Origin: Acidimicrobiia bacterium
Lineage (GTDB): Bacteria; Actinomycetota; Acidimicrobiia; Spongiisociales; UBA11373
Length of the DNA stretch: 64,000 nt
Reading direction: 5' to 3'
NCBI GenBank assembly: GCA_035464675.1
Contig: DATHSA010000081.1
Location: forward strand, 32,100 to 96,099
The notes beneath the pieces were generated by a model. It made no database searches. It was not told where the DNA came from and saw only the letters and a list, made by a program, of their open reading frames with translations. This document shows positions 59,455 through 64,000 of this stretch, one piece after another; the first letter of the stretch is position 1, and each line of letters starts with the position of its first letter. Made by a program: the position numbers and the translations under genes.

Positions 59455-60240
59455 CTAACCCGTCGAGATGTAGGCGGCGATCAGCGCGGAGGCATTGACC
59501 ATCGCGTGAAAGATCACGGGGGCGGCCAGGTGCCGGGTACGAATTCGCATCCACGCGAACACGACACCGACGAGGGCGGTCGACACCACTCCCCCGGGGA
59601 TCACCGCCCACATTGGAAGGCTCGATAGGGACTCGTTGGCGGTCTGGACGCTGATCGTGGGGAGAACGTGCCAGAACCCGAAAAGCAGGGCGCTCAGGGC
59701 GATGGCCGTCCACCTGCGTGATGTGGTCAGCAGGACCCCGAGGAGGGCTCCCCGGAAGAGGATCTCCTCTCCGAGCGCCGTGCCGAGCGGGATGCGAATC
59801 ACGGCGTGATACACCAGGCCTGCGACGCCGAGGCCGTCGGCGCGCGAGTCCTCATAGAGACCATCGAATGCCGGTACGCCCAGGTTCGTGAAGATGAGAA
59901 GCGCCGCCACGGTCCCGGCAGCGAGTCCGACGAGCGCAGATCTTCCCGCAGCGCCGCGGCCCAACCCCAGGTCTGTCATCGACGCGCCGCCGCGATGCGC
60001 GATGAGCAGGGCTGCGGCGCCGGCGACGATGAACGACGGGAGATACGCCCAGTCGGGGATGACCCGGTTGAGCACCACATTGGTGGCGACGAGAAGGATG
60101 ATCAATGCGCCTGGAGACCACCGGGTCGGGCGCTCGTCGCCGCGCCCCGCGTCGAGGGAGCGGATGTCGGTCGGTGCTCCACCTGGCGCGTCCATCGCAG
60201 GGTCGCGCTCGACGGCCTTGGTCGCGACGGGCGAGGTCAT
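59455..60240 (-). CDS. CPBP family intramembrane metalloprotease (CAAX protease/Abi)
   Basis: EEILFRG motif 1, FGFWH motif 2, HAMVN motif 3, within TM helices. Confidence 0.75.
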   Translation of the reverse strand: MTSPVATKAVERDPAMDAPGGAPTDIRSLDAGRGDERPTRWSPGALIILLVATNVVLNRVIPDWAYLPSFIVAGAAALLIAHRGGASMTDLGLGRGAAGRSALVGLAAGTVAALLIFTNLGVPAFDGLYEDSRADGLGVAGLVYHAVIRIPLGTALGEEILFRGALLGVLLTTSRRWTAIALSALLFGFWHVLPTISVQTANESLSSLPMWAVIPGGVVSTALVGVVFAWMRIRTRHLAAPVIFHAMVNASALIAAYISTG

Positions 60241-60281
60241 ATGCTCAGGCTATTCCCGGATCGGCCCGACTTGAACCCCTG

Positions 60282-61223
60282 CTATCCCCTGTCCCACCAC
60301 TTCAGGACCCGCACGGCCCGCAGGGTGTTCCAGCGGCTGGGCGCTCCCACCGGGGACTCGATGTCGAAGAAGACCCTGCCGGTATGGATTCGGTCGAGGA
60401 GCCACCGGCCATCCGGTTGTCGCTTCGATCGCACCACCTCGACCGCCTCTTTCATTCGCGGATCGCGATCCGCCCCGGCTCGGCGGAAGTAGTCGAGGGC
60501 GCGGAGGATGTCGTAGTGCCAGTAGTACGGGAAGGCGAAGTCCAGGTAGGCAGGGTCGACGACCTCTCCGGTGCTCTTGCGCCTGAATAGCCGCCTTTCG
60601 AGCAGATACTCTTCGCCGCCACGGCGAGCCTTATGAACCCGGTCTGTGCCCAGACCGGCGTGCTCCAGTCCGATCAACCCCTCGAGCACGTTGATGGTCG
60701 TGTCGAACGAGGAGCGGACGGAGCCCCGCTCCGCCTCGCAGTTCCAGCCGCCGTCATCGAGACCCTCCTCCAGGATCCGGTCGACGATGCCCCCGACATC
60801 GGCCCCCAGGTACGCGCCGGTTTCGATGGTCCGGCCATTGATACAGGGTTCGACCTCGCCGTCGAAGTAACGCTGGCCCTCGTGCTCCCACCGCCCGTTC
60901 GCGGCGACCAGACTGACGGCACGCTGCGCCGAAGGGCTGTTCCGGTCCAGTCCGAGAATCTGAAGCGTCTGGAGAGTGTGCATGGTCGCCGTCCACGGCT
61001 GCATCGGCTCGTCGCCGCCCCATACGAAGTCGGCAGGAAAACAGGCGCCGCCCGCCCACAATCCGTCGGGGTCCTCGAGCGCGAGCAGACGGGCGCCCCA
61101 TCCCTCGGTCTCGATCCTGGCGCGTTCTGGGGCCCAATCCGATTCCGGGAGGTCCAGCAGGTCGCGCATCACCTGCCAGCGAACGGACGGATCGGAGTCG
61201 AGGAGCCAATCGATGATGTCCAT
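60282..61223 (-). CDS. prenyltransferase/terpene-cyclase-like alpha/alpha-toroid repeat protein
   Basis: 313 aa with three Q..DG.W-like repeats (EDPDGLWAGG, LDDGGWNCE, RQPDGRWLL). No partner biosynthetic genes nearby. Confidence 0.45.
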   Translation of the reverse strand: MDIIDWLLDSDPSVRWQVMRDLLDLPESDWAPERARIETEGWGARLLALEDPDGLWAGGACFPADFVWGGDEPMQPWTATMHTLQTLQILGLDRNSPSAQRAVSLVAANGRWEHEGQRYFDGEVEPCINGRTIETGAYLGADVGGIVDRILEEGLDDGGWNCEAERGSVRSSFDTTINVLEGLIGLEHAGLGTDRVHKARRGGEEYLLERRLFRRKSTGEVVDPAYLDFAFPYYWHYDILRALDYFRRAGADRDPRMKEAVEVVRSKRQPDGRWLLDRIHTGRVFFDIESPVGAPSRWNTLRAVRVLKWWDRG

Positions 61224-61246
61224 GCGCCGATCAGGCTAGGCACGGC

Positions 61247-61518
61247 TCAGATGTCGACGGGGCCGTCGCGAGTGATCAGGAAGTCGTCGGTCACGGGGCT
61301 GAAGGCCCCACGGAACGTTGCATCGTCGATCGAACCGAGCACCCGCAGGACCCCGTTGGACTCGTCGTCCCACATGGCCTCGACCTCGATCTGATACTCG
61401 ACTCCGGAGTGGCCCAGGGCCGGAGTGACCCGGGGATTGCCGACCATGCTCGAGAGCGAATCGAACGGCTCGCGCCCGACGCGTTCGAGATGCCTGCCCA
61501 GGAGCTTGGCGGCTTCGT
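61247..61518 (-). CDS. hypothetical small protein
   Basis: 90 aa from GTG (VDRDEAAKLLGRHLERV...); C-terminal region of ORF 61247..61762. Confidence 0.3.
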
Positions 61519-61530
61519 CGCGATCCACGC

Positions 61531-61920
61531 TCAGGCGAGGTCGTAGGTGAGGATCTCGATCATGTGGCCGTTGGGATCCGCGAAGTAGACGGACTCCGTC
61601 GGTCCGTGCACCCCCGTCGATCGACCGGGGCCGGTCATGCTCTTCATCCGGCTCGGGCCGTCGCCGTATGTGATCCCCGCCTCGCGGATGCGCTCGAAGG
61701 TGGCATCGAAAGTGGCACGGTCCACACAGAACGCCAGGTGGCGCGACCCGGACACCGGCCACCCGTCATGGAGGTCGAGCGCGGTGTCCGGGGTGATGAG
61801 GAGGGCTTCGAATGGACCCGATCTGCCCTTGTGCTCGAGGCCGACGATGTCCCGATAGAAGGCAAGTGACTCCGCGAGATCGTGGACCTCGAGAATGGTG
61901 TGATCCAGGTGAATCGCCAT
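61531..61920 (-). CDS. VOC/glyoxalase family protein
   Basis: 129 aa from MAIHLDHTILEVHDLAESLAFYRDIVGL. Confidence 0.7.
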   Translation of the reverse strand: MAIHLDHTILEVHDLAESLAFYRDIVGLEHKGRSGPFEALLITPDTALDLHDGWPVSGSRHLAFCVDRATFDATFERIREAGITYGDGPSRMKSMTGPGRSTGVHGPTESVYFADPNGHMIEILTYDLA

Positions 61921-62187
61921 GCCATCGACCCTACGCAAGTCGCGGCCAGTACCCCGGGCATTCCGGGAGACCAGGGTGCGACCAGTGGGGACCGCGACAT
62001 CGTGAAGACGCGTGGCGGGAGGAGCACCGAGCACTCTGGACGGTCGGCGCGGCAGCAGAGCCCCCAGCGGATGAAGTCGGAGACCAGGTGTGGCCGTCGG
62101 GCGTGAAGACCGTTTCGACCCTCCGGCCGGAGACCGGCAACCATGCCTGCGCAGACGAGAGCCCGCCCGTACCATGACCGAAACCCC

Positions 62188-63483
62188 ATGGCCTCAGACG
62201 ACCTCGCTCCCCAGATCAACCTCAATCTCAACGTCCGGGGCCTCGGGCACTCGGCGACGCTCGCCATCAACGAGAAGAGCAAACGGCTGCAATCGGAGGG
62301 ACGGCACGTCTATCGGCTCGGCCTGGGCCAGTCTCCCTTCCCGGTACCCCGGCCCGTGGTCGACGAGCTCCGCGCCAACGCACACCAGAAGGACTACCTC
62401 GACGTCGTCGGTCTACCCGTGCTCCGGGATGCGGTGGCGAACTACTACCTCCGCCGGTACGGGGTCTCGCGCACTGCCGACGAGGTGCTCATCGGGCCAG
62501 GATCCAAGGAACTCATGTTTCTCGTCCAGCTCGTCTACTACGGCGAGCTGGTGATCCCGACGCCGAGCTGGGTCTCGTACGCGCCACAGGCGCACATCAT
62601 CGGACGCAAGGTGCACTGGGTGCCGACGACCGTCGAACACGGCTGGCCCCTGCGGCCGGAGGAACTGGACGCCGTGTGCCGGGAGGACCCCTCGCGCCCG
62701 CGACTCGTCATCCTCAACTACCCGTCGAATCCCACCGGACAGACCTACGACATCGACGCCCTCCAGAAGCTCGCCGAAGTCGCACGCCGCTATCGAGTGA
62801 TCCTTCTCTCCGACGAGATCTACGGCGAACTGGATCATCAGGGGCGACACGCCTCGATCGCGACCTTCTATCCCGAGGGCACCATCATCAGTGGCGGTCT
62901 GAGCAAATGGTGCGGCGCAGGGGGATGGCGCCTCGGGACCTTCACGTTCCCCTCAGAGCTCACCTGGCTCCGCGACGCGGTCGCGGCCGTCGCCAGTGAG
63001 ACCTACACGTCCACGAGTGCGCCGATCCAGTTCGCAGCGGTCAAGGCCTTCGACGGTGGAAATGAACTCGAGGGGTACCTGGTCAACGCGCGTCGCATCC
63101 TGCGGGCGCTGGGTGTTGCCTTCGCCGAGCGGCTTCGCTCGGCCGGCGTGTTCGTTCCCGACCCGCAGGGGGCGTTCTACCTCTTCCCCGACTTCTCCGC
63201 GCTGGGCGCGGGCCTTGCCGAACGGGGGGTGCAAACCTCCACCGATCTCTGCGAGCGACTGCTGGGCGACACGGGCGTGGCTCTGCTGCCGGGATCGGCG
63301 TTCGGGCGAAGCCCCCATGAGTTGACCGCGAGGCTCGCCTATGTCGACTTCGACGGTGCCCAGGCGCTGGCTGCTGCCGAGGCCATTCCGCGCGACCAGG
63401 AGCTGGACGCGGCCTTCCTCGACCAGTACTGCGCCAACACGATTCGTGCGGCGGAGGTCATCGCGGATTGGATCGCAGACTGA
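62188..63483 (+). CDS. pyridoxal phosphate-dependent aminotransferase (class I/II)
   Basis: Aspartate-aminotransferase-like fold; SKWCGAGGWRLG PLP-lysine region; start at MASDDLAPQ (internal M of ORF 62143..). Confidence 0.8.
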   Translation: MASDDLAPQINLNLNVRGLGHSATLAINEKSKRLQSEGRHVYRLGLGQSPFPVPRPVVDELRANAHQKDYLDVVGLPVLRDAVANYYLRRYGVSRTADEVLIGPGSKELMFLVQLVYYGELVIPTPSWVSYAPQAHIIGRKVHWVPTTVEHGWPLRPEELDAVCREDPSRPRLVILNYPSNPTGQTYDIDALQKLAEVARRYRVILLSDEIYGELDHQGRHASIATFYPEGTIISGGLSKWCGAGGWRLGTFTFPSELTWLRDAVAAVASETYTSTSAPIQFAAVKAFDGGNELEGYLVNARRILRALGVAFAERLRSAGVFVPDPQGAFYLFPDFSALGAGLAERGVQTSTDLCERLLGDTGVALLPGSAFGRSPHELTARLAYVDFDGAQALAAAEAIPRDQELDAAFLDQYCANTIRAAEVIADWIAD

Positions 63484-63600
63484 GGGTCGAGTCGCGGGTC
63501 CGAGTCTCGCCGATGTGAGAAAGCCGTCGGTGTGTGGAACCTCAGGTGGCGCCTCGGCCCGTGGGGGCTGCGTCTATGGGACCCGACACCACGGCCGGCC

Positions 63601-63831
63601 TCAGCGGCCTGGCATGTGGCGCCAGATGATTCGGCCCCGCGACGGATCGTAGAGCGACACCTCGAGATCGACCTCGTCGCCAGGAAGAATGCGGATCTTG
63701 CGACCCCGTCGCATCCGTCCCGCAGCCCGAGCGATGACGTCGATGCCCTGCTCGGTCTCCACCAGGAACTTCGCATCCCGTAGCACGGTCTTCACCGTGC
63801 CGCGGGTGCGGTAGGTCTGTTCTTCAGTCAC
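63601..63831 (-). CDS. infA: translation initiation factor IF-1 family (S1-like OB fold)
   Basis: 76 aa aligning with IF-1 (GTVKTVLRDAKFLVETEQG...RKIRILPGDEVDLEVSLYDPSRGRIIWR). GTG start; atypical N-terminus and no adjacent rpmJ/rpsM. Confidence 0.72.
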   Translation of the reverse strand: MTEEQTYRTRGTVKTVLRDAKFLVETEQGIDVIARAAGRMRRGRKIRILPGDEVDLEVSLYDPSRGRIIWRHMPGR

Positions 63832-63837
63832 TTCCGG

Positions 63838-63915
63838 CTAGGAACGGGGCGCGAAGAGGCGCTGTAGATCGTCCGAGTCGAAGCTGAAGGGAAGATTCCC
63901 CACGTAGATGTTCAC
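63838..63915 (-). CDS. candidate 25-aa upstream ORF with RRM RNP-2-like N-terminus
   Basis: VNIYVGNLPFSFDSDDLQRLFAPRS; GAAAGG SD 7 nt upstream of GTG; stops 6 nt before the IF-1-like gene start. Confidence 0.25.
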   Translation of the reverse strand: MNIYVGNLPFSFDSDDLQRLFAPRS

Positions 63916-64000
63916 TGACTGCCTTTCGATTGTCGTCTCGACACCGTGACCACGTAGGAGGAACCGGATCACGGTCGATGCCGAAAGGCCGGGAAGCGTC

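Noticed and set aside
63484-63600. Expected rpmJ (L36) downstream of infA
   Set aside because: No MKVR..C..C-type ORF on either strand in the 117-nt spacer; the IF-1-like gene is not in the usual secY-adk-map-infA-rpmJ context.

Overview
This 64 kb window is high-GC (about 70%) actinobacterial-type chromosomal DNA, densely packed with mostly minus-strand housekeeping genes. I found no CRISPR arrays, IS elements or prophage. Two blocks match Mycobacterium tuberculosis gene order. The first is HAD phosphatase / tlyA / nadK(ppnK) / recN / pyrG / xerD, matching Rv1692 to Rv1701. The second is helY / tatC / tatA / pafC / pafB / pafA / prcA / prcB / pup / dop / mpa(arc) / trmI, matching Rv2092c to Rv2118c, and it carries a complete Pup-proteasome system. 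Other recognisable genes include gcvH (partial), pgsA, kbl-tdh, pccB, der, ispH, cmk, aroA, rluB, scpAB, ppa, a two-component system, a DEAD-box helicase and an IF-1-like gene. I also identified one tRNA-Pro(GGG) on the minus strand. The most unusual sequence-level signal is a family of at least five dispersed intergenic 'heptad hairpin' elements. Each has tandem CCCGTNN heptads on one arm and tandem NNACGGG heptads on the other, with compensatory variation between arms, and each lies 1 to 16 nt after the stop codon of a minus-strand gene. Other points of interest: a 36-nt tandem duplication upstream of a PRC-barrel gene, next to a 19-aa hydrophobic mini-ORF; a putative cAMP module of a MerR-HTH class III cyclase, a PAS protein and an MBL-fold protein; two paralogous Cys-rich lipoproteins; many GTGA/ATGA start-stop overlaps; two convergent gene pairs sharing a CTAG stop; and several small Zn-ribbon, acidic or membrane ORFs.
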